A stretch of DNA of 64,000 bases from assembly GCA_013239625.1 (NCBI GenBank), contig MU054187.1, positions 21,393,280 to 21,457,279 of the forward strand, read 5' to 3'. This document shows positions 37,438 to 52,185 of this stretch, piece by piece. The position numbers were made by a program, and so were the translations under genes. The DNA comes from Lama guanicoe. Its lineage: Eukaryota. The notes beneath the pieces are model-generated. The model did not search any database. It worked only from the letters and a program-made list of their open reading frames with translations, and was not told where the DNA came from. Positions within the stretch are counted from its first letter, which is position 1. The number at the start of each line of letters is the position of its first letter.

Positions 37438-40400
37438 GTGCTGGTCTTGGAGTCAAGTGGGCCAAAGTTGGAACCCCTCCCTGCCCCACCAGCCTGCTTG
37501 CTCATCTATATATTAGAAGTGACAACAAGATTTACATCATAGGGTTGTTTTGCTAAATAGGAAAATATCTGCAAAACCCTTCACCCTGTGCATGGGCCAC
37601 AACGAGCACTGGATGGATGGTAGTCAGCTCTGAAACACCTGCCCTGTCACTATCAGCCAGGTCCAGAGATGGGAAAGATTTGCTGCACATCATGTGTCAC
37701 CTACCTCTGGATTAAATGCCCAAAGGAGACTAACAAAATTATGAAAAAGACAGAACAAATGCTTGCTATTGCTGCCAAGCAAAATGTGAGTGTTGACCTA
37801 CATACAAAGTATTCTTTTTGTTTGAAAATATACACAATCATTTTTATTTGGGGATTCTGTTGCAAATAAGTCTCGCTCTTTGTGTATGAACTGCATGATT
37901 TATGCACACAAATTGTAACATACACATTCTGCACAGTCTATTTGAGTCAGCAAGTGGGCAGTCAGATTTATCTCTGCTTATCCTTGAATATCTTTTATTG
38001 TTAATCCCATTTTCTATTCCTGTTATGCATGTCACCCCTTAATTTAAATCTCTGGCAAACTAATATACTAAATGAAATTTGTCTTCAGGGTGGAAAAAAT
38101 AAAAATCTGTACTCATCTCTTAAAAATATTATAATTGGCTAAAACAATGAATTTTGTTATAGTTTCTGTGTTTATTAGTTTTACCTTAAGAGAATATGCC
38201 AAAGGTAAATTTTTTTTTCATTTTTATGGTATAGCCATATAAGAATCTTTCATTTGCTGTTTCTTTATTGTTAAACTTGCATAATGTAATGGAGTTATAT
38301 TCTGGATATCGTAAATGGAACTATCAAGTTACAAGAGGAAAAAGGTTCATGCCATTATAAATGTGTTTCTTCTAGAATGCTGTATATGGAGAAGCAGTAT
38401 CTTTAGAAGCAATATATTTAGCCCTAGAATGCCAAAATACATCCTATTGTTTTCTGATATTCTGTTCTTGTCAGTCACGACAGACATGTTGATTATTCTT
38501 ATAAGAATGGTCTGCTCTAAGTCCCTGTATCTTGGCAGTTCTTCCTGATAACATTACTATTTATTTAATAGGGGAAAAATGATGCAGGAGGTATTTATTA
38601 AAGTGAACGCTGAAGGTACAGATTGGAAGTCTCCCAGGAAAGTAATCATGATAAGTTACAGCAGGGTACTCAGAGGGAGGAAAAGGAAGGAACAGACATT
38701 AAATAAATTTATTTCAAATTAAATATATGGGTTTGGAGAAGACAAATGTAAATATGCTGCTGTAAATTATGACTTACAACACAATAGAATACACAAATAT
38801 GATAAATATATATCAAATATTTCATTTATCAGGAAATTTAATATTTTTACTGGCCACAAATGGGCAGAAGCAAAGTTGTGCTTACCATATTGATGGACTG
38901 TCCATTGCCACCTTAGAGTTTTCACAGTCCTAGCAAAAACAGTACCCCCACGAAGGAGCCTGGATACCAGCAGCCTGGATGATGCATTTTGGGGACTTAT
39001 CCCTGCAGTGCTGTTCCAAGTTCTTCATGCTGTATCCCCAGGACATAGAACACCGTCTGCCACGTAGGAGTCATGCAATAAAAATTAATGAACGGTGGAG
39101 GAGAAAAGTCCTATCCTACTTGCAGTACAGTTCCTTGAGTTAAAAAAAATGCAACTTAAAGACAAAGAATTTTTGAATTTTCCTCTCAGTGCATCCTACA
39201 AACTCCACCATCCATGGCTCCTGAAACCAAAGAGAACCAAGTTTAACTATATCTCGGTCACCCTTGACCCCAGCAGTAGAGTTTCCCACATGCCAACTGC
39301 CAACTGGACCTCAACCTACCTGCATGTCCACAGTGTAAATGATTGAGCCTTTAACCTGGTTGTCCACTAATGTTTCATTTCCTTTCTTAGGCCGGTATGC
39401 CAGCATGAAACTCAGTCCACTAACTGCAACACAGACAATCTACTTTTTATTAGGACCATCAAACAGTGAGGTTCTCTCTAGCCATGAATTAAGCTTCTGG
39501 TTGAACTGGGATCAACCTTTCTGAAAGGAGGATGCTACCATTCAACGATGAGTGAAAAGCATGCCCCTTTCCTTAAGATCCGAACACCGGGAAGGAAAAT
39601 GCAGGTTCAGAGATGTCATTCACGACGTCTTCTCAAACACTGCAATTTTTATTTCTGACCATGCTCTTTGGAGGTTAGCCTTTCAGTCAGTCCCAGAACG
39701 CTAGAAAGTCAAGCACATGCAGTTATGACACATTATTTCCTAAAATATTCTTCTCAAACTGTGATACCCACTAACTATAGCCAGACTTTCCCAGCAATGT
39801 GAGAGACACAGGAGGTGGATTTGAGCATAGTTAATTTTAATTTCATAGAGAGCAAAGAATTACAATAATGAGCAAAGTATTTTAATTTGATACATGTTTT
39901 CCCTCAGTACAGTAAATATACTCTTCTACTGGGAAAAATTAATGCCATTTCCAAAGATACCTGAATTCTACATCAGTGCAAAAAAAGCATGTGTTAAGCG
40001 TCTGTACAAACAAGCCCTGAGATGGTTATTTAAGCCAGTAGTCAAACTGCTGTATCTTTTATGATAAAAAGGTAACATAAAATCTCATCTTCCCTTCCTA
40101 GCAAGAATAGTTTGAGGGACTAGTGAAAACAAGTAAAGGACAGTGTAAGACAGAATATAGCCCAGTGGAAACTTTAATAGTATTTCTGGGTTGGAGAAAT
40201 TGAGAGATTGAGAAAGTTTCATGAGACAGATGAAATACGAACTAGACACACAGAGCATGTAAGAATAGCTCAGGCACTTAAGACGTCAGCTATGTGGAGT
40301 CTCGCATCATACTGTATCCTACTTCATATTGTCCACTGTACGAATGTTGTTAGGAAAACACCTCCATTTCCACAAAAACATTCTTACAGGTCCATTCTCG

Positions 40401-41005
40401 GAACTGCATGTTCTCTAAGAAAATATTTAACCATTTCTTACTGTGTTTGAATATCCAGAGTTACCTGGTGTTTCATGCCATTATTATTCTTATCATAAAC
40501 TTGGTGAGCGATATCATGGTATCCTTTCACCAACCCCTAATATGAAAACATCCGTAAAAGAAATATTTTGGGAGTTTTCTTTCCTTTAATTCTATTCAGC
40601 TCTTATACAAATTTTGAAAGACATGAGAGATCCTTGTATTACTACCAAAATAATGCTATGTTTGTGGAATTCTTACTTTCCAGGTTCTAAATTATTTTAA
40701 ATGCAATTCACATTTTATAGATGAGATAACTTGCGGTGTAACGAGGTTAAATAGCTCAAAGAAGAAACTACGAGAAAACCAAGACATGAAAGTTCTGCCT
40801 GGTTCCAAATACCATGGTCAAAATCACCACGTTTAAGCAGAAATTTTTTTTTTAAATTTGGAATTAATGAAAAGCTACTAGTTGCTATTAATAGCAATTT
40901 ATATTTAACTTTTTGCTGCAGTAAACGTTTAAACTATTAAAGATAAATGAACATATAATTTCATCTTAACTTGTAAAGATGTTAACAAATCTAAATATCA
41001 CATTG

Positions 41006-41196
41006 GGCCATTCTCTTGCCTTTTGAGAAGGCCCACCCTCCATCTACAGAGTGTGTATCTGCTTTTATTTTAAACTGAACACCCACCCCCGTGCCTCATG
41101 GCCTCTCTGGCCTTCTAAGACGTCCAGCACTCTGTCTACGGAGTATGTATCTCTCTGAATAAATCTACTTTATTCAAAAATAAATAAATAGATAGG
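41006..41196 (+). mobile_element. Polyadenylated LTR-like fragment inserted by target-primed reverse transcription (retrocopy)
   Basis: LTR-like internal repeat (ctccatctacagagtgtgtatct / ctctgtctacggagtatgtatct), AATAAA at 41158-41163, A-rich tail from ~41176, TSD taaatatcacattg (40992-41005) / taaatattatattg (41197-41210). Confidence 0.6.
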
Positions 41197-42942
41197 TAAA
41201 TATTATATTGACATTACATTGACCTTTATAAAACATTGCTCAATATTAGCCTATGTACCATTAAAGTCAGACTTTTAAGGGAGATATTTATGACCTTTTT
41301 ACCCTCTCAATCTAAATAATCATTTTAAGCAGATTTCCCTATAGAACTAAAGGTTATTTCAGACTTTAATATAATATACATAGGCCAGCGCCTCTGGAAA
41401 GCACACAGATCAAGTAAAGAAAATGCCCACGTGAAATGTGTAGGTATAATTCCAAGATAATAGGACTGATTTTCAGATAAACTTTATGCAAATCCATCAA
41501 GTCTTCCTTAAAAAAAATATTAGTTATTTACTCTATGTCATGCGTTGTGCTAGACGTTTGTATGTGTTCAGATTAGATAAAGATTCCTTCCGTTGGTGCA
41601 CTGACAGCCAAATGTTCAGATCAAGTAGATCAATGATTGTATTCTGTGCTGTGACAGAGGGAAGCAGAGATTGCCGTGGGAGCCAGAGGAGGACCGTCCA
41701 AATCAATGGTGTAATTAGAGAAGGTGGGGGGCGGTGCTTAACTTGAGTTGAACTTTGGGAGAGTAGGAATTCAGAAAGAGGAAAACATTCCTGGTGGAGA
41801 AACAGAGGAACAGCATGAAGAAGTACAAAGCCATCTTTAAGAGACGTGGTGAAGAGTAGGCTAGAGCCAGACTATGATTCCTTCATGTGTCAAGCTAAAG
41901 ATTTAAGTGGTAACCTGAAACCTCTGAGGTGTCATCGCAGGACTGTCAGCAACAAGTGGAGTTAGGGCTTCTAGACCCTCTTAAAACTTGGATTTGCATC
42001 ACTGTCAGCAAAACTCTGACAGATGTTTTTCCTACCCTTTGTTATTTGTATTTTTTAACCTTCTCCCTAAATGGCAAAATCATTTGGGAAAATATAAACA
42101 AACATCACCATTGCAGCTACGTCTTGAACACAGCACAGATGTACATTGTTATTAATGTGAGTATCACAGACAATAAAATATTACTGTAGTAACTGGACAT
42201 ACTTTAGTATACTGGGACCCACAACTCTGACTGTCTTGCTGTTTGTGTGCATAACGTTTTTGAAATGACGGTAATACTATCATAAACGTACTGAAGCTCA
42301 GTGAAGTGATCTAACAGTAACTGCCCAAATCTACTAATAAGTGTTTAAACTTGGCAACTTTTGAGAAATTTAAGATGATTGATTATTTTCTTAACTGATG
42401 AAGCTTAATTTTAAAGTTAAGCATTTATTCCTAAACTAACCATTCAGTATGATGAAGCTGATTAAGGAAAAAAAACGGCTCATTAAATAGGAACTCTTTT
42501 GTTAATATATGAATACATATCATTTTTCTGAAGATGATATTGGAATTGCCAGCAAAAACCTAAAATTAAATGATAGAAATGTTAAGTGTAATTAATGTGG
42601 CCATTATTTATATATAATTTTTATTCTGAAAGTTTAAATTTGTATGTTGCTTCTTCTCCCGTTGAGAATTAAGCTCCGTGGGATGATTAAACTTGGCTAA
42701 AAATATCCAGGTCTAATGCTATGAATTTCTGTTGTAGGCTCATTGATAGTTATCAGATGCTTTTCTTGGTTCGTAGACAATTATCAAATGCTTCACATTG
42801 TATTTCACACGGAAAGAGCTGTGTCTCAGGTATTAGGTAACGAATTGAATTAAAGAGCTGATAGTACAAAAGAAACTAGGAAAAATTAAGATCAGATTGA
42901 TACACGTAAAATAAAATAATGTAGATAACTCTTGGTCCTCAA

Positions 42943-43350
42943 TGTCGGGAGCCTCCTGGTGTAACGTGAAACCAGCTCCCCACCCACCTCCATCCAAGGA
43001 GGGCAAGGAGAGACCCAAGAAAGAGGCAGACCTCACCAGTTTGGCAGGTGACAGTTTTAATAAGCAAGGGAACTTACTTAAGAGGCTTGTCTTGGGTGGC
43101 CGCAGGACAAGCAGATTTCTGCATCTGCCAGCCAGAATCTTAAAAGTTTATACAGAAGCCTTAACTGGGTTCCGTCCCCTGTACTGTCCAGATTGTCTCA
43201 TCACCACATGACCATCTCAAGGCTGTGTCCTCGGGGCAGCTTCTGGGAATGGGGAAGGGTAGTGGAAGGCACATCCCAAGGACAGGGGATTACAGATGGG
43301 CCCACCTGACTGCCAAACTGCAAGTCACGTCTTCTTGATGTTCCCCCACA
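42943..43350 (-). mobile_element. ERV solo LTR (~408 bp)
   Basis: TG...CA ends with short inverted termini (tgtcggga / tcccccaca), GC-richer than flanks; on the minus strand a TATA-like TATAAAC (~43146-43152) lies upstream of ATTAAA (~43056-43061); no clean TSD seen. Confidence 0.65.
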
Positions 43351-44197
43351 AAAAGGACAGTGAAGGAGTGAAGAGTGTGGACATGAAAATACATCAACTC
43401 GAGAGGATTTTTCAAGGAGAAATGTTCTAAGTCTTGAAGAAGATAATGGAAATTACTGAGCAGGGGAGAGTGAAACTACATTTCAGGTAGAAGAAATAAT
43501 TGGCAGTGTATTTAGAGGATGGATTAAAGTGGTTCAGTTGAAGGAAGCAGATAAATCATTCTTAATAATAGTGAAAGATCACTTTGGAAAAATGCAGCTG
43601 AGAACTACCAGTTGAGAATGACTTAATAGAAGTCTTTAAACATCAGTACAAAAGGATCAAAACTAACTGGGATGCCTTAATAACATGATATTAAAAGGGA
43701 CTGGAATAAACATACGTAAGATGAACAGAACAAGAAATCCACACACAAGCCCAGGTATGTGTGTTGCGATGGGTTGGTTTGAGAGGAGTGCCCAGAGCCA
43801 CAGAAAAGAATCATCGTACCATGAAGGCTTAGTTCCAAGGTAAAGGTGGAGACCAAACAGAGCTAAAGAATAAGTTCAGGAATCATGGTCCAATGGTGTG
43901 AAAAATCAGGGGAAGACAGCGGTGCTAGTGTTTATAAAGAGCAATCGGAAAAGGTTTCTTTACGGAAGGAAGGTAGCCAGTTTAGTAGAAACCTTATACG
44001 TTAGGTATGTATCACATCCCTCTGGAAATAGAAGACTTCAAAAACGAACTGAACCATACAGAGTCTTCCATGGGATGATAGTTTTGAAGCGTGGAGAGCT
44101 AGTGTCTCTCTGCAGGAGGAAATGTGGAGAATGAAGGACAAAAGACTGAATCCTGAGGGTTATTGTTTCAGGTCGGGAGAGAAAAAGAGGAAGAAAG

Positions 44198-44200
<3 letters not shown>

Positions 44201-44232
<32 letters not shown>
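44201..44232. repeat. (CT)n microsatellite
   Basis: Directly visible; gives the spurious RERERE ORFs. Confidence 0.95.
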
Positions 44233-44236
<4 letters not shown>

Positions 44237-47084
44237 GTTGCAAAGTAAAAGCAATCAGTAAGAAAGAAGAAATTACACAATAATTTATTCTAAAAAGAAA
44301 GTCAATAGTTGAAAGGAACCATCTAAAGGTTTCATTGATATGCCCACAAAACATTAAGAGATTTCTGAACTTGCATAATAACTCCAGAGGTTTTAAAAAA
44401 ATGAATCACAAAAATTGAATTGCATAGGGTGTGAGGTTGAGGGCTTTGTGCAAACGGCTGAGAAGTTTCTGTATTATTCTGGCACGAGCTTTCAGTAATT
44501 GCAAGTTATCCGAGTCTTAGCTGGAGGATTCAGTGATGACAGGCACCTGGAAATGCAAAGATAATGAGAGGATTATGTTCCTAATGTAACCGAAGTGCCA
44601 CATGACACCTATTTGGGTTACTATTATAATTATAGACTAATGTATTATGTCTTCTGAGGCCCGAAGAGTCTTAAAAGGAAAATAAAGGAAGGAAGAAGAG
44701 AGAAAAGGAAAGAAGATGGGTTCTTTTTTTTTATCCTAGGGGGTCAACAGAAAAAGAGTTACGGTTTATTAAGCCAGAGTTCCCCAGATGGCCTTGGCGG
44801 GAGGGGTGGTTATTTTAAAGGGATCTGACTCCTGTTCTGTGCACTGACTGCTTCAGTATCACACTCTGGATGGGACTCAGGAAAGGCACATCTCAGACGG
44901 AAGGTGGAAAAGACGCTGGTGACAGTATTGTTAGCCATCGGGGCACTGCTTGTAGTCACCTCCAGGTTCGCTGTCCATCACTCCGTCCTCACTGTCTGTT
45001 CCTGCAGTGTCGTGTTACCCAGAATGCCTTTGTAATTCACAGGAAAAAGCGTCCCTTGGAGAGGAAAGAAATTGTGCCATAGCATATAAGCTGTCCCTCC
45101 TGTAAGCCCCTCGTTGTCAGAAGGAAACACTCAGTTTAAAGAGATTCCATTTTCACAGTTTTCTGTCCTGCTTATTCTTTGTTAGCTGACTAAAAGTGGC
45201 GGGGGGCAACATTATCTACGGTTTGGAAAATAGACTGACCAATTATCTCCAAGGCCATATTATTTTTTAATTTAGGTTCTGCCTTGAGCCTGAGATGGGG
45301 TGGGGGATGGGGTGGAGGGCTGAAGATGAGAGAAGACAAAGATGCGAAAAGATACAAACAAGTTTATAGTCATATAAGGATTAATTTTTTAAAGCGCTCA
45401 AGTGTCCTTGGAAACCTTGTCTATGGCAAGTTTAGAGAGAGAAACACTGGCAAGGACCTAGACGGGCATCCGGAGTCTAGCCTTATGAATTTAATGGATA
45501 AATATCCAGTATAACATCAAATACCTTCACGGACAATTGGTTACCAGCTTTATATATAATAATAAAAGTTTCTGCCAACAAAAGTGGTCAGTGTTCTGAG
45601 AAGATGGCACTTAAAAAGTTTTTTTTTGAGATATTTCAAATGATCATTCAATTGTATATTTTTCTGGAAGTGTCCTCAGCAAATAGTATACCATTACAAG
45701 CATGGGATAAATGATCGATAAATGAAAACAAAATGATAAATATTAGTACAGCCTGGGAAGTCAGTTCGAACAAAGCCGTGTTTAAAAACAAGTTTAATCC
45801 TGAGAAGTTAACTCTGTATAAAAGAAGAAGGATATATGCACAGAATTATTACTCAGTTTTTTTCAGCTCTCTGCCTTCAGTCACGTGTCATAACTGTGGC
45901 CCCAGGGAGTAAGAAAGGTCTAGAGCAAATTGGGAGAGGCAGACATCAACTCCTACAGGTCAACGATTTTGATGTGCAGCAAGCATTAACCGCAAGGAAA
46001 TGCAGGTACAGTGGAACATTCCCCAAGGGAACCTAGTATCTTCCCTCGGATAATGCATTACACATTGGTCCTGGCGAAGTGTCACAGAGAATCAGGCTGC
46101 CCTTCAGCAGTTGGGTTAGCTTATCCATCAGGCTGTCTTGTGCACGTATAGTTTAAATCAAGAAAGAATAGATAGTTGTCCTCAATTCTGTGTGCTCCTA
46201 GGGGGGAAAAAATAATTGAAAGCAGAACTTAATGCGACTTATTGACCAAGTGAGATCATTGAATAACATTAAGCTTGGCATTATTCAATTTATCTATCCC
46301 TTTTCTGGTGCCTGATAGAGTTATTTCTCCTTCTTGCTATTTCCTGGCAATCCCAAGAAAATAAATTACAGCCACATTATCTACCAGCTTTAAAAATGTA
46401 TTCAATTATTTTTGTAGCACTTTTGATAGCTGTAACACTTGCTCACTTCAGACAAATTGACTGCAGGATTAATGTAATCATTTCTATAGAAAGCATTTCA
46501 AAGGTTTAAAATGACAGCATTCTAAAATAAGATAGTGATTCCCTGACACGGGATAAAGCTAAATGTGAAGTTTTCTACTCTGTTCTTTCCTGTGCATCAG
46601 AGGTCACTTTGCATCTGAGTTCTCCTCCTTACGCCTTCGTTGGAAATAGCTTGACCACAACGAGTATCAGAACATAAAAGATGTCACCTTGTCACCTAGT
46701 ATTCTTGCTGATTGTCTTCCCCTCACCAAGCTTAAAGTACCTCTTGTGCAAACACTGTCAATTTAGGCTTGATATTTGAAGACAGATTGGGCTCAGAAAA
46801 TGGTTTTGGCATTTCAGTCACCAACTTTATTCCTAGCTAGAGAGTTCCTGGAAAGGACTGGGAGTTAGATTAGAGAAGCTGAAACTATTTAGTCTGAAGA
46901 AGAAAAGACCGAGGAGTATCTTCAAGCTCATGTGTCAACTGAGAACACCTGGTCAGACTTTAGCCCAAGGGCTGCAATGAAAAAGGCCAAGACATAGAAT
47001 GCCTGGAAATAAATAGTTAGTCCTTTTTTTCTTCTTTTTTTGGTCAACATCAAAAGAAATTTAGAGACAGGAATAGTCTTAAAA

Positions 47085-47455
47085 GAAAATCAATTCTGAC
47101 ACATGCTACTGCTGCACAGGTGAACCTTGAAGACATTATGCCAAGTGAAACCAACCAGGCAAATACTGTATGATTTCACTCCTCTGTGTGGTGTGAAAGT
47201 GATCAGACTCATAGGAAGAGAAAACAGAATGGTGGTTGTCAGGGGCTCGGCGGACAGGGGAGTGGGAGTTATTGTTTAATAGGAATGGAGGTTCATTTGG
47301 GGAAGATTAAAAAGTTCTGAAGATGGATGGTGCAGAGGGGCACACATCAGTGTTGAATGTACTGAATGCCGCTGAACTGTGCACCTAAAAATGGTTAAAA
47401 TGGTCAGTTTTGTTTTATATATATATATATATATATAGTCACAACTTTAAAAAGC
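47085..47455 (+). mobile_element. L1MB-type 3' UTR fragment
   Basis: aattctgacacatgctac...gaaccttgaagacattatgccaagtgaaa...caaatactgtatgatttcact...agaatggtggttgtcagggg...ctgaactgtgcacctaaaaatggttaaaatggt. Confidence 0.85.
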
Positions 47456-49239
47456 AAAATAAAAAGGAATGAGGAGGAGAGTGATACTGGAGCATTATGA
47501 GAGGGATGGAATCAGAGCAGACATTTCATTAATTACTGCTCATTCTGCAACGTAATAATTCTAAGCTCTAAGCTCCCTGAAACCCACAGATCTGCCCCAT
47601 TCTGGCTAGAGAGGTGCAGGGAGGCAGTCGAAGCCCCACTGTGTGAGGTCCAGACACAAACCAGGTGTTGCTCGTTTCTGCTTAAAAATGCTGCTGGACT
47701 TGAGCCAGCCTTTCTCCTTCTATTGCCCCGCTGTCTTTTTAGGTCCCAGCAAAGCCATGCAGGAAGCCACGCTTTAAAGAGACAAAGAAATTTAAACCTA
47801 CCCCAGCCTACTCAGAGAACCGACTGCTTGACTTTTGTGGCGAAGGCACTAGCTTCCATTTAATTGTACAGTCTCATTTAAAACACACCTCAGCCTGTGT
47901 ATTGGTCAAGTATTATAGGTGAATCACACCTTGAAAATCGCCAGTCTAAACTACTCACAAAAAGGTCAAGATCATTCAAGGTTTCCTAAAGGAGGGTCAT
48001 TAATAGAAAGCCCAGACTGCCTTCTGTTTTGCTGGTACTGACATTCGAGTGAATCATTTTATTTAGAGAAGCAGAGATTGCTATCCGAACAGGGCTCCTG
48101 ATTTAGACCTTTTCGTCTGCACTAGAGATGGTGAACAATAGGTGATGATGTTAAATCTCCAAGCGCAGGCAGTTGTTTCGAAACTGTGACTCTGTTCCAA
48201 AGTAATTAATGTACTAAAGAATAACTTAAGCATAACAGAAACTGTTTGTGTATGTATACATTTCTCTAGGAGAAACAGTAGGTGAGCATAAAACCTTCAT
48301 TGGGCTGAATCTAGCCAAAGAGGAACACACAGTCCACACACACACACACACAGACACCCCTCCAACATCTATCAGCTCTGTTCACCAGTCACCTCCATCC
48401 ATCCACACCTGGGGTGACAACCTTCTCTACGATTTCAGATCACCTGCCCCCGACCCACCACATCACATTAACTCACAAGCTGCAACCGTTACACAAGCAA
48501 GTGTCAGGTCTTTTTTTCCAAAATAAAGTGCTATGTTTATTGCCATGCTGAAGTGTTTCTTAATGGTTTAGCATGTGTAAAACTGCGCTACTGTTTTTAT
48601 TAGGATCTCTTTTTTAAAAATGTATCACCACTGAATTGTTTGAGTGCTCTGCAACAACCCGCATTTTCCCCTTAAGCCCTGTGGATTTTATTGTGCAGTG
48701 ATGGGTTGTAGTATGGTGATGTTTAGGACCACGTATGTATTATAACAGAAGTGACTGTATTGAATAAGTTGGGGTCGCAAGGTTTGCTAGCCACTGTTCA
48801 GTAACGTGAAGAAAATGTGGCTTCTTTACTCTTCTACAACTGAACAATTTTCTTCGTGAGGCTCCTAATGCTCCGTAGCATGTAGTTTACTCTCATGGGG
48901 TATCTCTTGTTTATGCACATAATGCCCATCTGGAAATGCTCCTTCCAGAATTCTACACAGAAACTGGTCCAAGACTCTGATTTTGTCTTTTCCTTCAACC
49001 CGGTCAGTGGTTATCTGATGTGTGTGTCTTGTCTTCTACCTCCCACTTCTCTCCCTGCCTCCGTCTTCCCACACCTTGGGGTTGAAGGGCGTGGTTCTAG
49101 ACGTTTTGGGGTAGACTTTTCTTACATATTGTGCCCCTTCCAGAGGTAGCTTCATGGTTCAGGGAAATTAGTTAAGCAGTTGCCTCTCCAGGCTGTGGAA
49201 GAACCTAAGATTGAGTCTACAGGATGCCTTGAGATTTAC

Positions 49240-49368
49240 CAAGAATAAATCTATAATGAAAAAGAATATGAAAACGAATATATGTATGCATATGTATGAC
49301 TGAAACATTATGCTGATCACCAGAAACTGACACATCATAACTGAGTATACTTCAATTTAAAAAAACAA
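49240..49368 (+). mobile_element. Short camelid-type L1 3' tip
   Basis: ataatgaaaaagaatatgaaaacgaatatatgtatgc...ccagaaactgacacatcataactgagtatacttcaatttaaaaaaa, sense copy of the same L1 3' end. Confidence 0.8.
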
Positions 49369-52185
49369 AAGATTAAAGGATTAGAGGAACTTCTTTTATC
49401 TCTCAACAAAGCCTGGCTTTCAAGATTGTTTTCTAGCTTCAGCCTCAAAAAAATCCCACTCTGCATATCAAAATGTAAAAGTTGACCTTTTTTCTCTTTG
49501 CATCCTGCAATAACAATTTGAATCCAAAGCAACAGACACCTCCCACAGGCTGGGGGAGGTTCTTCCAAAGTAAATGTTAAGATAAATAGTAATAAGAATA
49601 AATTTCTCCAACAACTGCTGTTCCATCACAAGTGTATATCCTCTGATTTGGGGTTGGCATAGACATAGTATTTTATATCAGAAAGAAAAAAATCGTAAAT
49701 ATTTTAAAACATAGAGAACGCTGAAACTTTAGTGATGCTTTGGGTACCTTGAGAAAAATCTTACCTTTTTGAAAGGCTCAGACTCAAGTCAGGCAATTTG
49801 GCTAAGAGTAACTTTCTGTTTCAGAAAGGACACAGCAATTTCTTCATCAGACCATAACCCAAGCATACTATACAATGAAAGGAAAATCAGAGGACCACTC
49901 GTGGTCCATAAAGAGGAGTCCTGTGGCCTTTTTATTTTATTAGACTGTACCACCAAACACAACTCTTAGAAGGCATTCTTTCTTATAGCTTGTAGATAGA
50001 AAGGTAAATTCTACTCATTCCCTGATAAGAAATTGCATTAAAATGACCTAGTGCTCTCCAAAATAGCTCAACAAGGAACTAGCTCCACACATACAATTGA
50101 AGAAATTTAGAGAAATCTATCAGTATACTTGAATCTCACACACTCAACCACAATACAGTTCTTCAAAATAGTTAGTAAAATGTACTTAAAAACCAAATAG
50201 CAGGCTACCATTTAAGGTACTTACTGTCTAATGATAGTTTTGTATGTAGATATTTAAGTAGGCTAATTTTTATTTAAATTAACTTTATTAAGTTACACAT
50301 TCAAGTCTTAATTTTCTTATGATTTAGATTCATTCATTTTGCATCCTTTTAAATTTAATTTATACATTTAAATACAATTTCTACATTAATACAACTTATA
50401 ACTGTATTAAAATAAGAATACTTATTCTTAATATGTTCTTTGATTAATGTTCAAATTAATTCTCTTTTAATAAATTGAATTTCTCAATAAAGTCAACCCC
50501 ATTTACAAACAGTTGATTATATTGTCTTAAACATTTATGACATTGAATATATAACTTTAGTACATCTAGTTCTCTCAATACTTAAAATGCCTAAAAGGGA
50601 GGACAGAAATCTACCATGCACATTTTTCTAAATAGATCTTATAAATGTTATTAAGCTATAATTACTGCTTCAGATATCTTAAGTAACAAAATTAAACAGA
50701 TTACACTAAATATGTAAAAGTGAACTGAAAAATAATAATAATGACTTGATTTAATTTGTCATCTCTCTACTTAGTTTTTCATCTTTTAGAAATACTGAGG
50801 TAAGGAGAATAGAGCTTCCACTGTAATCAGACAAAATCTAAGATTGTGATATACTTATCTCTTAATCACATATTTAAGCTGAAAGAAAAATGTTGGACCC
50901 GACATTCTTTCAGATTCTAACCAAGTTACAGGTAAACACCTTGAAACTTTCCTTAGAGCTAATTTCTATACGCTTGGTCAAAAATAAAAGCCAAGTCCAT
51001 ATATTTCAGCTGAGAATTTGCTTTGCAACTTAGTGCATCATTTGTTGTCCTTTTCCATTTTCTCTTTAAACTGTTTTTAGCTCATTGGGTAGGGAAGAAT
51101 TCTGTAACCCCACTCAGGCTGCAGATAGTTTCAGCATCACTTGATTGAATTCATCTGATCTTCTTACTGCCTCTGCAGCTCAGATGAAGAATGAAAAGCT
51201 CTAACTCTAGCATGGCTTTCTTATTTAATCTTGGGAAAATCTCTAAGGACAAGATGATCTGTTATAATCCTGCCCCATGTTCCTATATCTGAAATTCTTT
51301 AGGTTACTTAAAAAGCAAAGGAAATGGTATATTGTCTTTTAGTTTTTAAAGCCAGTGACTACTATAGCAAAAAATATATATATATAGCTTACAGTAAATA
51401 GAACATCTGTTTCTCATGTTAGCTTTCTTCTTGGGTAGGTCTCTTCAAAAACACTGACTTTGCATCCTGACTTCAAACTATACTAATTTTTAGTTCTTTA
51501 ATCAGACTCTGGAATCTGCTGACTGGTTGAATGCAAATGTTTAATATTTGTTTAATAATATAGAAATATGTAACCAGATTCAAAGGTGTTAAAGGTATTA
51601 CTATTTAACCTATTGATTATATTTTGATGTAGGTTTTGATACAATGCAAAATACCAATGAGCAGGTATTTTCCCCAGTTTTCTCGTAGGTCCTCTATGTC
51701 CTTTGTCTCCTTTCCACTCTCCTTGGCAATCTTCAGTTGCCCTAGCATCTGCTTCTCTGCAATTAACAAGATCATTTTGGGTTTTGATACTTTCTGAAAA
51801 GAGAATTCGCTGTAATGGCAGCAGCATCGTTCTGAGAATTGAACTGTGCAGTAAGTTAACCTCCCCATTGTCTAATAACTAGTTAAGTGAGGCAGTGAAG
51901 TTAAAAAAAATCATATGCCAAATGTTCAAAGAAACGGAGATTGAAATCTGTATATATGAGAACTCTTCCACAGATGAAAGGAGTTGTAAGGAAATAAGTA
52001 TTATTACCTTTTTGCAGTGTTTTTTGTCCCAACCACTACCACGGTTTCTAGCCTTTTCATTTTTCATCCACATCATTTTAATAGTGTTTTAACTGAGCTT
52101 ACTCTCTGCTGTATTTTCTTCGAACACTTTCCTACAGACTTGCCGTCATATCACTTTGTGTTACACACAATTTTGAATCTTTTAT

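Noticed and set aside
50250..50760. Extremely AT-rich stretch
   Set aside because: No periodicity or defined motif seen; unremarkable in an AT-rich intron
51552..51868. Two overlapping minus-strand ORFs (83 and 91 aa) with an acceptor-like ttttcag
   Set aside because: No recognisable protein, no supporting partner exons, antisense to the inferred host gene; size expected by chance
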